Assembly: GCA_040954595.2 (NCBI GenBank)
Contig: CM082590.2
Span: 6,758,001-6,822,000 of the forward strand
Direction: 5' to 3'
DNA length: 64,000 nucleotides
Source: Balanoglossus misakiensis
Taxonomy: Eukaryota > Animalia > Hemichordata
Shown: positions 11,261-26,200 of the stretch, in pieces
Layout: the number at the start of each line of letters is the position of its first letter
Position numbering within the stretch: the stretch's first letter is position 1
Made by a program: the position numbers and the translations under genes
Notes under the pieces: generated by a model
Seen by the model: only the letters and a program-made list of their open reading frames with translations
The model's database searches: none
Told to the model about the DNA's origin: nothing

Positions 11261-14200
11261 ATGAAGCGCACTCTGGAGAACCAGGAGAACGTGTTTCCGC
11301 AGCGACGCGTGCAACCGCCGCCCCCGGAGACGTTTGCGCACCGCGTACTGGCCCCGGCGCCGCAGCCGGTCTACGAAGGGGTGGCCGAGAATCTGGCCAG
11401 TGGTCTGCAGTATCCCCCAGTGCAGGGATATCAGTGAGTAACTGTCTTCTTGTATTTAGAATCTAAGCTAAACCCTGTCTTTCGTATAGAATGGACAGAG
11501 TCTCTCTCTCGCTGCCCTTTTTCCATGAATTATGTGTGATACATGTACAAGACACTGTTTATGTTATTCTACATGTGCAAGTGAGTACTCTAAGTCATCT
11601 CCTGTTGTACAGTAAAGCCTGTATATACCTAAACTATACAGAATATATTCTCCACACCTTTCATATTGAACCACAAAGTTTCTCTCGCTGCACTTTTTCC
11701 ATTAATTATGTTTGATGCAAGACACTGTTTATATTATTCTACTTGTTGATATGTAGTGAATCAACGTTCAACCACACACAACTTCCATCCCGCTTGTAGG
11801 ATATGAGAGTAAAAACTCGCCCAAAATGAATAAATGCTAGAGACTGATTATTCATTTTGGCAAGTCTTTTACTGTTGTATTTTGGGTGAGATTTTTGCCA
11901 AGGCAGGGATATAAGTGACTAAGTCTTTTGTAGTAATGTAAAATCTTTCTGGCAAATCTTCGATACAGCTTCTCAACTGTTCAACACACTCACAAAATTG
12001 CATAATACGTTTACTTGACATACGAAGACATATGCAGTAAAACCTGTCTAAACCTAACCCTATCTAATATAGAAAACCTGTCTATACTGAACAGTTTCCT
12101 AAATCCTTGTTCTTGCAGAATGGCCCCTGCCAGTCAAGCGACCGGTCACCACGGCAACATCCACGCCCATCACCATGGCGCTGCAGCCCAAGCGCACCAG
12201 CAACAGTCTGTACATCAAGTGCACGCACAGGCACAGGCCCACGCCGCCCAAGTTCAAGGTCAACAGCAGCAGTTTCAGAGGTTAAAGGTCGAGGACGCCT
12301 TGTCCTATCTGGATCAAGTGAAATTACAGTTTGGGAATCAACCCCAGGTCTACAACGATTTCTTGGATATCATGAAAGAGTTCAAATCACAAAGGTGGGT
12401 CTACTTAGAACTTTTAGATTGGAGATGAGGCCAGTTTAGGAAAGGCTAGTTTAGAACCCAAATGCTACTGGGTGTCATACCTGTTTAGAGTGTCAAGTCC
12501 CTTTTGACTGTCTTGACATGGCTCTCATACGTACTTAGACACACTTGGCAGTCTGAGCCCCCTGTAAAATGTACCAAATCGCACTGGTTTGTACTGTATT
12601 GGTCTGAGGGTCTTGTATAGGCCCTACTGAATAACACCCCATTCTAGGCACCCTGGAAATCAAACCAGTTTCAACTGACTTGGCAGCGTTAGGGTTTAGG
12701 AAAGGCCAATTTGGAAAGTCGCTTGACTGGCCACTATAGACAGGTTCGACTGTAATTATGATTAATTGTAGAACTTTTCTTTGCTCTCACAGCATTGATA
12801 CACCGGGCGTCATCAACAGGGTGTCCAACCTCTTCAAAGGTCACCCTGACCTCATCGTCGGGTTCAACACCTTCCTCCCGCCCGGTTACAAGATCGAGGT
12901 GCAGGCCGGCGACTGCACCCAAGTCAACGTCAGCATCCCCGGCCAGGCGCAGCCCAGCACCATCACTATGCACCCCACCCCGCCGCCCACCCAGCAGCAG
13001 CAGCAGTCGTCGTCGCAGCAACAGTCGTCACAGCAACCGTCGTCACAGCAACAGCAACACCAAACGCCGCAGCCGCCACCCGCGCAACCGCAAGGCGGTG
13101 GTGGCCTCCATCAAGTGAGAAAGGTCTTCGTTTTGTTTTTCTTGTTCTCTTCAACTCAAGATCCCACCACTGTGGCCGTAAGGATGTACGCGCAGAACGT
13201 ACAGTGCGCGAACCTGTGCGCATTTGTCTATTCCAACATTTCATTGAAATTTACTGGAAAACTCGCTTCTACGATTGTCATTTTCACGAAATTTTACACA
13301 TACTCCATGTACAGTGTGCGAACCTGTGCGCATTTGTCTCTTCCTACATTTCATTGAGATTTACTGGAAAACTCGCTTCTACGATTGTCATTTTCACGAA
13401 ATTTTACACATACTCCATGTACAGTGTGCGAACCTGTGCGCATTTGTCTATTCCAACATTTCATTGAAATTTACTGGAAAACTCGCTTCTACGATTGTCA
13501 TTTTCACGAAATTTTACACATACTCCATGTACAGTGTGCGAACCTGTGCGCATTTGTCTATTCCAACATTTCATTGAAATTTACTGGAAAACTCGCTTCT
13601 ACGATTGTCATTTTCACGAAATTTTACACATACTCCATGTACAGTGTGCGAACCTGTGCGCATTTGTCTATTCCAACATTTCATTGAAATTTACTGGAAA
13701 ACTCGCTTCTACGATTGTCATTTTCACGAAATTTTACACATACTCCATGTACAGTGTGCGAACCTGTGCGCATTTGTCTATTCCAACATTTCATTGAAAT
13801 TTACTGGAAAACTCGCTTCTACGATTGTCATTTTCACGAAATTTTACACATACTCCATGTACAGTGTGCGAACCTGTGCGCATTTGTCTCTTCCTACATT
13901 TCATTGAGATTTACTGGAAAACTCGCTTCTACGATTGTCATTTTCACGAAATTTTACGCATACTCCACGTACAGTGCGCGAACCTGTGCGCATTTGTCTA
14001 TTCCTACATTTAATTGAGATTTGCTGGAAAACTCAATTCTACGATTGTCATTTTGACGAAATTTAACACAAAGCTCAGTCAAGTAAATATAAATTCATTG
14101 GTCAAATAAAATCGTATTGTCACTATGCACTATTTTGAGATAAATTTCGATAAATATTTTGCCCATAGACAAAAAAATGCTGAGTCAGTAGTTTTCTTCT

Positions 14201-17200
14201 ATTATCGACTAAATTCATGGCTCTGTATTTCATAAACAAGCGCGGTGACCCCTATATTTTATTACAGATTTTTATTTTCGTTACAAAGGAGAAACCAAAT
14301 TCCACAATTTAAAAGAAATGTCAAGACTTTTGACTTGAAGCGATCGTACATCCTTTAAGCCCCATTAGCAGTATCTGTAATCGTTTCTGATACAGTGGTT
14401 TGATTTCAAGAGAACTTGCGTTTAAAGCTCCACTATCTGCCAATTTTTGCGTGGTGTGTTCTCTTGCAATGGGTGGGTGAATAAACAAGTGTGACACCCA
14501 TTTATTATTCAACTTGTTCATATATTATACGAACGGCCACAATCGGAGGTTGATAATATATTTGTTTGTAGCCATCAATCTCTCAGTTCAAAAAAATGAA
14601 AATAATGTATTGGCAGCTATTGGGGCTTTATATGCATCTGACTTGTGCCCAAAGTCTAGTTTTAACCCACTAGTTAGTGATATATATTTACTTACAGGTT
14701 AACAAATAAATAATTTAAGACTTACTGTTGTTTGGGGGAGTAGAGAATGAATTTGAGGTCCAAAGGAAGAAGTTTTGATGTTCACGTAGTAAAAATTTTC
14801 CTTTGGTTCTGAGAAGAATCCTAGCACACACACGTACATGAGATTGATTGAATATAAGAATTAGATTTATTTTATCTTGATACAGGATTTGCATACGCTT
14901 GGTTTGATGTCTGAAGGAAGTAGTTTTTGTGTGCACATGTTTAAAATTATCCTTGGGCCCTGAGTAGAATCATAGCACATACATGTACATGAGATTGATT
15001 GAGTTGTATGAATATACGAATTTGATTTTTAGTGTACAGTCAAACCTCTCTATAGTGGCCAGTCAAGGGACTTTCCTAAACTGGCCTTTATAGAGAGGTG
15101 GCCTTTATATAGAGGTTAATTAACACACATGTGAATTGCACAGGGACTGTAACAAAGTGACCACTATACAGGGGTGGCCACTAACAGGGGTTTTACCGTA
15201 CAAATATACGAATTTGATTTATTTTTTTGTCCTACAGGATTTGCATACGCTAGGTTTGATGTGTCAGATCGAGCCCATGCAGCACCAGACCAGTGGTCAC
15301 CACAACGTGACGTCCAGTCTGGGCACCGGTGGTCCCACTGGTGGTGGCGGTGGTACCGGCAGTGGTCCGACACCACCGTCCTCCGGGCAGGGGTTCTCGC
15401 AGTCGCCGTCGCAGCAGTCGCACATCGGCCAGGCCATGGCGTCGCCGCAGCACGGGTCGCAGCAGGCCGGCCAGCAAGTCAGTCAACCGGTGGAGTTTAA
15501 CCATGCTATAAATTATGTCAACAAAATTAAGGTAAGCCTCAGGAGGAAAATTGTGAAATAATTCAGCAACCACCCCTATATTCTGAATAATCAATTATTT
15601 AAAATCTTAAAATAGTTGTTGCAGACACCCCTATGTTCTGTCAGTGGATCTGCTCTGACAACTTCCATCAATTTGGATGAAACTACAATTCCGTGTAGAT
15701 AGGGGTGAGCTGCTGTAAAATTACTGTTTCGTCCCTGTTGCTTGTGGTATTTGTGAAGAAAAATAGTGCATTTTTTTGTTGTACATGTAGATTAAATGAA
15801 TGGCATCTACGAAAGTGACTTGCAAATTTGGTAAAAGCATGATTGAGGTTACCCCTGAACATTTTTCTATCATGCCCTATCCCTAATTTTTACTAGAACT
15901 AGTGTATAGAAAATGTCCAAGTGCTAAAAGTTTAGGGAGTAAATACCCCTGATATTAACTTTAAAGTTTGCCTTTAAGAAATAGCGTGACTGAAAAGTAT
16001 ATGTTATTGAAAACTTGTCATTTATCTGATTGTTGTAATTTTGTGTTTTCCCCCATCAGAATCGTTTCCAAGGGCAACCAGACATCTACAAAGCCTTCTT
16101 GGAGATTCTCCACACGTACCAGAAGGAACAGAGGAACGTGAAGGAATCGGGAGGGACATATCAGCCGAGTCTCTCCGAAGCCGAGGTGTACGCACAAGTC
16201 GCCAAGTTGTTCCAGAACCAGGAGGATCTGCTGCAGGAATTTGGGCAGTTTCTGCCGGATGCTAACAGCGCACAACAGACTGCTGGGTTTGTCAGTGCTT
16301 TTACTAAGGTATGGTTTGCTTTTCTCTCTTTATCTTGCTCTATTTCTTTCTGTCTGTGTCTCTCTCCCCCCTCCCTCCCTCTCTCCCCCCTCTCTCTCCA
16401 TCTCTATCTCTTTCCGTCTCTCTGTCTCTCTCACTCCCTCTTTCTCTCTCTCTCTGTCCTCCCGCCCCTCTCTCTCCCCCTTCCCCTCCCCCCTCTTTCT
16501 CTCTCCCCTCTCTCTCTCTCCCCCTTCTCCCTCTCTTGGTCAAAACTTCTGAAAGTGAACACTTACACTTCTAAAAACTCATACCATTATGAAAAAGGGC
16601 AAAAGTTTCAGCTAATGTCCTTTTAGTTTAGCGAATTTACTTGCCTAGCTAAATTAGGTAAAATATAGCAGACTACTTTAAACTCATTTTTCCACTATAA
16701 TAAAATCCCTGTGAAAATTTCCTTTACTTTGCACATAAGTAGTATTCAAGAAATAGTAAAAATGAAATCTAAATAAAATTCAAAATTTTTGTTAGCAGCA
16801 ACAATACATTCCAGTGTAAATAACACTATCCCACAGTAACATATTCTAGTTATGTATAACATAGTAATCTTGTTTTCTGCAGGATTTAAAACACAGACAA
16901 TCCTTGCTCCCCAACGATCACAGCGCCGCCGTCAAGAAGTCCAGTATTTCCAGCAAAAACAACAACCGAAGTTCTCATCTGAAGAGGTCTGGCATGTCCG
17001 GGCAATCAGGAGTTCCAAAGGTAAATAATTTCTTTCTTGTAGAATATTTATTTTCGCTAGGACTTTATTTTACGTTGACAAGAAATAGTGAAATAAAATC
17101 TGTTGTACAGTAAAACTCCAATTATCCGAACTGACAGGGGGACATTGATTTTGTTCGGATATGCATACAGTTCGGTTATTCGGATAACGTTTGTATACAA

Positions 17201-20200
17201 TAGAACTGTTTGGGGGACATGACAGCAGTGCAGATAACCAAACAATTCAGATAATTGGAGTTTTACTGTATTCAAAAATTTTGTTTTCAGCGAAAATAAA
17301 TTCCAGTGAAAATAAATTATGTCCACTGTCTTTGATGGATAATGGCTGACTGGATGTTTCATTCAAATCTGTCTATAGTGGCCAGTCAAGGGACTTTCCT
17401 AAATTGGCCTTTATAGACAAGTTAATTATTGTAAATGTAAATTGCACAGGGACTGTAACAAAGTGGCCACTATATAGAGGTGGCCACTAACACAGGTTTG
17501 ACTGTATCAGTCGCACAATTTTTGTGTGTGTAAAAGTTAACTTTAACGATATTTTCCCTCTTGTTTTTGTAGAAAAAGTCAAGATCGATGAAGGATCCGT
17601 CTCTGTCAGACTCCAGCAAGCATGGAAGCCTTAGTGAATTTTCGTTCTTTGATAAGGTGAGAGTTTCGGTCTTCAAATCAATAAATTATCAATTTTCTCT
17701 GTCCTTTTAGTGTTTGGTTTAGACAGGTTTAACCCTAATGCTACTGGGCGTCATACCTGTTTAGAGTGTCAAGTCCCTTAAATACGTATTTGCCACTTTT
17801 TCTTCTTAATCGTATTTTGACTGTCTTGACATGGCTCTCATACGTGCTTAGACACACTTGGCAGTCTGAGCCCCCTGTAAAATGTACTGGTTTGCACTGT
17901 ATTGGTCTGAGGGTCTTGTATAGGCCCTACTGATTAACACACACTTGGCAGTCTAACAGGCCTGGGAGCCAGGATTCTAGGCATCCTGGAAATCAAACCA
18001 GTTTCAACTGACTTGACAGCGTTAGGGTTAATTGTATTTGCAGGAAACAATTGAACAAATAGGTAGGTCTTGTGCATGGGTAGAAACAGCCGTGACTGAA
18101 ACCTCGCCCTGACTAGCTATACAAAATTAAATCTTATTGGTTATGGTATATGTAATGGATGGATATTAACCAATCGATGCACTGCTTTCATATCGCAGGT
18201 CAGGAAAGCGCTGAAAAGTCAAGAAGTTTACGAGAATTTCCTGCGGTGCCTGCTTCTCTTCAACCAGGAAGTGGTTTCCAGATCAGAGCTTGTTCTTTTG
18301 GTAACGCCGTTGCTGGGGTAAGTCATAGATTGGTATTTACCCTTCCACCCCCAGTTCCCTATGTAGAGATCCAACTTTGCCATAGAAAAACAATGGATTT
18401 GGACTGAACCATGGTGGTGAAAGGGTTAAAGTCTCAACAGCTGCCATTTTAACCATAGTCTTTACTGATAAAATACTTGCAAGCTCAGTTTGCCTTGGTC
18501 TGAAATACTGTAAAACACTTTATTTTCGCGAGCAATAAATTTTCGCGAAATACGCGAGAGCCAAAATAGCGTGAAAATGAAAAGTTGCGTTTTTTTTTTT
18601 AAAGATAATGATGCAGTGAATGAAATAAGAGAACGCGAAAATTAATACTCGCGAAACAGTGGCCTCTCGATATCGCGAACATTTCGACTAGCGAAAATAA
18701 AGTGTTTTACAGGATCAGCTGCAAAATGTTGATGGCCCATGTCTGATTGACTGGGAAGTAACCTATAAGGCATTGTTTGGTAAATGTTACCAAGGTTTCC
18801 CCAGTCATTCTGTCAGGGTTCCCCTTGGTATATCCATGCAGTCATATTAATGGGTAGCAGTGTTACCAGGGTTACCGTTACCAGGGTTACCAAATGATAT
18901 TTGGTAGATAGAATCGGTGCAAAGCCTAATCGTGTCTTTCTCTGCAATTTCCAGGAAGTTTCCCGAGCTGTTCAAATGGTTTAAAGAATTCCTCGGCTAC
19001 AAAGAGACTGATAGGATAGAACCCTTGGCACCGACTAAGGAACGGAGCAGCAGTGAACTGGCTACAGAAATTGGTGAGATTAATTATCCAGCGTGTTTTG
19101 TTTTTGTTGACGGTTTTGTTTGTTGTCGAAATGTTTATTAGTGTGGTCAAATTTTGAGGCCATTATCAACAACTAACAACAAGAAAGTTGACAATTTGCT
19201 TGAGAAATGATACTTGAAGCTTTAGTTCCTTTACTCAACCCATTTGCAAAACAGGGAGAAAACACAATCCTATTGGAATTCTCGAATTTACTTTTATTTT
19301 CTGTGAAAATATGACACAGATGATCTTATATTGCAGAATTCTTAATTGATATGCAGAACCAGACATTTTCCAACTTCAGAATTTCCAAATATTTCTCTAC
19401 ATGGTAAAATGTTATATCTAGTTGTAAAAATGTGCCTAATGAGATTCTTAAATTCAGCTGTGGACAACAGGAATTTTTACTTTGATTGGGAGTATACAAA
19501 GTCAACCAAAGACTAAAATGCCAAATTATTTCTTTCAAAATTTTCAGACCTTTACTACACAGCCCTTGACTTATGGGAATAATATTGGTGACATTTCTCC
19601 ATTTTATAGATTTTTCATCTTGCACAGAATTTGACTTATAAATAGGAATAATATTGGTGACACTTTCTATTATACAGATTTCTCATCTTGCAAACGTTAC
19701 TGTGCGAGTTACCGAGCCTTGCCCAAACCATACAAACAAAGTCAACTAGTGACTAAAATACCAAATGATTTCTTTCAAAATCAGATCTTCATTACACAAC
19801 AGATACCATATAGTGGTGATGTCAAGCGATAATTGTTTTTTCCCTCCGTTAGATAGATTTTTCATCCTGCAAACGTTACGGTGCCTTGCCCAAGTCGTAC
19901 ACCCAAAGTCAACTAGTGACGAAAATACTTAATGATTTCTTTCAAAATCAGTTCTTTGTTGCACAGGATAATAAGAGTGAGTTCTTAATAGTTGACTTAA
20001 TGGAATAATATTGGTGACACTTTCTATTATGCAGATTTCTCATCTTGCAAACGTTACGGTGCCAGTTATCGAGCCTTGCCCAAGTCCTACACCCAAAGTC
20101 AACCAATGACTAAAATACCAAATGATTTCTTTTCAAATCATATCTTTATTACACAACAGTTACCTTATACACATGTATTGGTGATGTTAATTGTTAATTT

Positions 20201-23200
20201 TTTTCCCCTCTCGTTATACAGATTTCTCATCTTGCAAACGTTACGGAGCCAGCTACCGAGCCTTGCCCAAATCCTACACTCAACCCAAATGCACTGGGAG
20301 ATCTGCCTTGTGTAAGGAGGTTCTCAATGATACTTGGGTGTCCTTTCCATCCTGGTCTGAAGATTCGCAGTTTGTGACGTCGCGTAAAACGCAATACGAG
20401 GAACATGTGTATAGATGTGAGGATGAAAGATATGAGGTGAGTACAGTCTGGTGAAGTTGAAGGTATACGGTCACCTATGAAAAATTAGCTATAGTTACCA
20501 TGGCAAATTGAGATCTATCCAATCACAGATTTTCAGTGGGTGGCACGCGCGAAAAAAACAGCCCGACCATATGTTCTTTAGAACGCTCAAATACGCCATT
20601 TCAGCCATATATGGGCATATGTAAATTGGAGGTGACTGTATACCTTTAAGTTGGCATTGCACAAAACCGTCAAGACTTTTTCAGAGGCCTATTTCTCATC
20701 AAAGACAACGTTAAAACCCCTATAAATCATACATATTCTGGAAGCTGAGTTTTTGAACTTTTGGCAGTCTGAGCCCCCTGTAAAATGTACCAAATCGTAC
20801 TGGTTTGCACTGTATTGGTCTGAGGGTCTTGTATAGGCCCTACTGATTAACATGCACTTGGCAGTCTAACAGGCCTGGGAGCCAGGATTCTAGGCACCCT
20901 GGAAAGCAAACCAGTCTCAACCAACTTGGCAGCATTAGGGTTAACATAATCATCTTATAACCTGTGTTTAAATATTTCCAGTTGGACATCGTCTTGGAGA
21001 CCAACCTGGCCACCATCAAAGTCTTGGAAGGAGTTCAGAAGAAGCTGTCGCGAATGTCTTCAGAAGAGGCGACCAAATTCCGTCTGGACAACTGCATCGG
21101 GGGGACGTCGGAGGTGATTCACCGCAAAGCGATTCAGAGGATATACGGAGACAAGGCAGCTGATATCATTGAGGGCTTGAAGAAGAACCCGGCTGTCGCT
21201 GTACCTCTGGTGTTGAGAAGGTTGGTTTTAGACTACCCTGCAGGCATTTAAATATTGCGATTTAACCCTTTCACCCCCTGTTCTGTCTATAGGGGTCCAT
21301 TCTTGTCATAGAAATAAATAGTTTTGGACTGAACCATGATGGTGAAAGGGGTTAATTATTTGTAATCGTCATGTGGGTCTATGAAACAGAATTTTGTTTG
21401 TGCGATGAATATATTTCCTATATCTTGGTAATTGGTGATGTGAGTGCATTGTGTGTTTATATATAATCCCATATCTGTCTTTCTTTGATGTCGTTGTATA
21501 CGAGTGGTTTTTGCAGAGCCGTGCAACTTTGAGCTTTACTCTTTTACTAAACTGGCCTTTATAGACAGGTGGCCTTTTTAGGCAGGTCAATTAATGTGCA
21601 TATAAATTGCACAGGGACTGTAATATAGTGGCCAAAGTATAATGGTGGCCACTAACACAGGTTTGACCGTACAACCATTTTACACCGAATAAAACAAGTA
21701 AACAGAAGCTGAGTTTGAAAATCATTTTAGAGTGATAACATCATTTTCTCTGTTGTTGTTGTTGTTTTTCAGGCTGAAAGCAAAAGAGGAAGAATGGAGA
21801 GAAGCCCAGAGAGGCTTCAACAAAATCTGGAGAGATCAAAACGAGAAATATTATCTGAAATCTTTGGACCACCAGGGAATTAATTTTAAACAGAGCGACA
21901 CCAAAGCGTTGCGGTCGAAAAGTATCATTAATGAAATAGAAACTGTGTTTGATGAGGTAAGTCTTGGGGGAGGGGGAGAGGTGGATATGGGAGGAGGGGT
22001 GACAGACTGATAAGGGTAGTGGTTGAGTTGGGGGTTGAAAAGGGGAGGGTATAAACATGGGAAGGGGAGACATTGAGGTAATGGTAGAAAAAAAGTAATT
22101 GTAACTTTGTGTCATTTATTAACGTAATGGGCTGTGTGTACCGTAATCACTCTATCAGTTCAACCACTCCATTAATTCAACCACCCACTATTCTTTGGAA
22201 AATTAATTATTTTATAACCTTCAATTGTTTGACCACTGATTAAATGCATGTGTTGATATTGTGTATTTTTCATGAAGATATCTGCAACTTAGACCTTCCA
22301 AGGTATTCAGAACTCACTGATTTTATTCTGGCTGACCTTAAACAGTTCAATTCTATCATAAATATCACCTAAACTACATGCTGATAGTGTATACAGTTCA
22401 TGCCATGCAAATGTGCCCCCTGAAAAATTATTCAAGCACTTTTGAGTGGAAATTTTGTTGTTGTTATTTTTATTCTATTAGTTTGACTTTTCACAAATCA
22501 TATTTATTTTTATGTGGTCGAACTGATAGAGTGATTACGGTATGTCTGATGTATGTATGTATGTATGTATGTATGTATGTATTCCAGTGTAAACCATTTC
22601 CTATGTAATCCCTAAATGGGACCACAGTGTCCTTGACGCTATGTTTTAATTTGCTCGCAGAAACAGGAAGAGAATAATGGTGAATCAAACGGTCCACATT
22701 TAGTGTATACGTACAACGATCAGTCGGTCATTGAAGATGCGGCAGCTCTGATCATCCATCACGTGAAGAGGCAAACAGGTATGTGTCAAACGAGAAAAAC
22801 AGCAAAAGTTTGAGTGGTGTTAATGGTACAGTCAAACCTGTCTATAGTGGCCAGTCAAGGGATTTTCCTAGACTGGCTTTTATAGAGGTGACCTTGTGAC
22901 CTTTATATAGAGGTTAATTAACTCACAGGGACTGTAACAAAGTGGCCACGATATAGAGGTGACCGCTATATAGGGGTGGCCACTAACACAGGTTTGACTG
23001 CATAAGCCCGTGTGATGGGGGGGGGGGGGGGGGGGGGTGTAGTACGCACAGTGTCAGTGAAACCTGCCTATCCACACCACTTTGATACCTGAAAACAAGT
23101 TTCACTGTATTTTTGTTTGTCTTTGCAGCAATACACAAAGAAGACAAACAAAAGATCAAACAACTGCTGTTACACTTCTTACCGGACTTCATGTTTGTGC

Positions 23201-26200
23201 CGAGAGGTGAACTGTCTGATGAGGAAGATGATGAAGGTATGGAACTTCTGAAAGACGTTTCCTCTTTTAATCTATTTTAACCCTTTCACAACAATGGTTC
23301 AGTCCAAACTCATTGTTTTCTAAGTTTAGTTGGACTTTAATAGGGGAGAAAGGGTTACGGTAGTACACAACTCAAAAATCTACATTTTTCAATTTTTTCT
23401 CATATTTTGCTCAAAGCAACTTATTAATTTTAATTAAGATTAATTTTAATGAGCGAGAACATTTTACCAAGTTTATCTAAAAATCAACCATGATGAACAC
23501 GCTGTTATATTTGATCACTAAATTTAATTTTTGACTGAGGTCTGCAAAATGATATAAAAATGACCGTATTAGAAGTAGGATTTCTGGCTTATTGTCAGTG
23601 TATATGATCACATGGAGATTGTTTCATGTGTGGGGAGATCTTTAGACTTCATCTTTTTTCTCTCCCAAAATCAACCATGATGAGGCGGTGCCGTTTCATT
23701 TTATCACTCACTGAATTTAAATTTTAGACTGACTTCTGCAAATATGAAAATGGCAGTTTGATTTCTAGCTGTTGTCAATGTATATGAACACATGGAATTC
23801 GTAGAGTGCGGACATCCCTAAGTAGTTTTTGTTTCACATGTGGAGTTCTTTTGACATCTTTTTTTCTCTCAACGTTTCAGAAATGGAAACAGACAACTCG
23901 CAGGAAAATTCTACAACTGGCAAGAAGCCGCCGACTAAAGTCAGGAATACATTGGTGAATGGGGTTTCTGACGAGACTGATAAGAATTCTACAGTAAGTG
24001 TTTGTTGATGAGTGCGTTCAGTAAAACCTTGTCTAGTACTGTAGAATACTTGAAAGGGACAAAGTCTCTCTCTCGCTGCCCTTTTTCCATTAATTACGTT
24101 TGATACAAGACACCGTTTATGTTATTCTACATGTGGATATATAGTGAATCAACGTTCGACCATACACACCTCCCAGGACAAAGTCTCTCTCTCGCTGCCC
24201 TTTTTCCAATAATTGTGTTCGATACAAGACACTGTTTATGTTATCCTACATGTGGATATATAGTGAATCAACGTTCGACCACACACAACTTCCATCTTGT
24301 AGACACGAGAGTGAAATACTCACCAAACTGAATAATCGGTCTCTACCATTTATTCATTTTGGCGGGATTTTTACTCTCATATCCTACAAACGGGATGGAA
24401 GTTGTGTGTGGTTGAACATTGATTGTTTCAAGACAATGTACATAACTTATTCTTCGTAAAGTAACACGATTTTGTTTCTTTGTTTCAGGACGATGTATAT
24501 AATTTATTCTATGTCAACAATCACTGGTATCTCTTCTTTCGCCTTCATCAAATTATCTGCGCCCGATTGGGGAAAATGTATCACCAAGCCCTCCTCATCG
24601 CACAACAGGATGGACCGGTCTCTAAGTCCAATAAAGAAAGTACAGCCGTGGCACTCCGACTTAGGCCTCTAAGTGAGTTTTTTTTACCTGCGTACCGCAT
24701 TGGTTTGGTCCAACTCCATTGTTCTCAGTGGCAGTGTTGGGTCTTATTGTGTCTAAATGGGGGTGTGAAGGGTTAACTCACAGTGTCATTGTGTGGTGCA
24801 GCAAAGTATCAGTATATTGTAGGCCTCTAAGTGAGTCTTTTTACCTCAGTACGGCAATGGTTTGGTCCAAATCCATCGTTCTCAATGGCAGTGTTGGGTC
24901 TTATTGCATCTAAATGTGGGTGAACATGTAGAATTTAGGAAATATCTTGAGAAATATCTTTCCTGAACGGGCACCCACCTTGGAGTAATCCTTATCAGCC
25001 ATGACTTAGGACAAAAAAATTAACAAATTTACAGAGTTGTGATAAGACAACTTTATTTGAAACAGATATTTTGCTGCATATGATTTTATGAAACATAAAT
25101 TATAAATTGTGCACTTTTTTTTCAATTTCTCGTACATTGTTTTGAAGGCAGGCAGTTTTGTTGTACTTTGTTTTGAAAGCAAGCATTTTTGTTGTACTTT
25201 GTTTTGAAAGCAAACAGTTTTGTCGTACTTTGTTTTAAAAGCAAGCAGTTTTGTCTTACTTTGTTTTGAAAGCAGGCAGTTTTGTCGTACTTTGTTTTGA
25301 AAGCAAGCAGTTTTGTCCTACTTTGTTTTGAAAGCAGGCAGTTTTGTCTTACTTTGTTTTGAAAGCAAGCAGTTTTGTCCTACTTTGTTTTAAAAGCAAG
25401 CAGTTTTGTCTTACTTTGTTTTGAAAGCAAGCAGTTTTGTCCTACTTTGTTTTGAAAGCAAGCAGTTTTGTCCTACTTTGTTTTAAAAGCAAGCAGTTTT
25501 GTCTTACTTTGTTTTGAAAGCAGGCAGTTTTGTCGTACTTTGTTTTGAAAGCAAGCAGTTTTGTCCTACTTTGTTTTGAAAGCAGACAGTGTAACTGACA
25601 AACTAAATATTTTATTTTTTGACGTTAACAGGCGAACTGGAACCGCGAGATTACTACCCGGCATTTCTGGAGCTGGTGAGGAATTTACTGGACGGAAATG
25701 TGGAGAGTACACAGTACGAAGATCAGATGAGAGAAATGTATGGTATCCATGCATATATCTCATTTACTATGGATAAACTGGTTCAGAGTATTGTCAGACA
25801 GGTTAGTGTGCACAGATCTTTTGTGCTGTCGTGTGCAGTGTCTCAGAAGGTTGTTGTTCATTTATTGAAGGGACAAAGTCTCTCTCTCGCTGCCTTTTTT
25901 CATTAAAGCCTCAGTATTTCTCGTAGGGGCAAAATTTTGTTTGAAACGGCATCTATAATTTCTAAAAGTAGATGATAATTGATACTGAATCGAACAGTCA
26001 TCATCCCCAGCTCTGCTCATAAACTCATACAATTTACAATATAACGAGTGAAGAATGACTTTCTGTCCGGACAGAAAGTCACGTGAGTGTTGACACACGT
26101 GACTAGTGCGCATGCGCACTCAAATGTGAATCTATGCGGAAGAGGTTTGGTCGCCCCAAATCAAGCGACTCAGCGAAGAAATGCGCACTAATTCGGCGAA

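Noticed and set aside
13199-14070. Regular repeat array resembling CRISPR, and the repeated 100-aa ORFs over it
   Set aside because: Units are contiguous near-identical 110-mers with no unique spacers and no cas genes, in a eukaryotic intron. The ORFs are by-products of the repeat.
25137-25585. 31-bp repeat containing TTGAAAG, superficially CRISPR-like in length
   Set aside because: Head-to-tail minisatellite without spacers.
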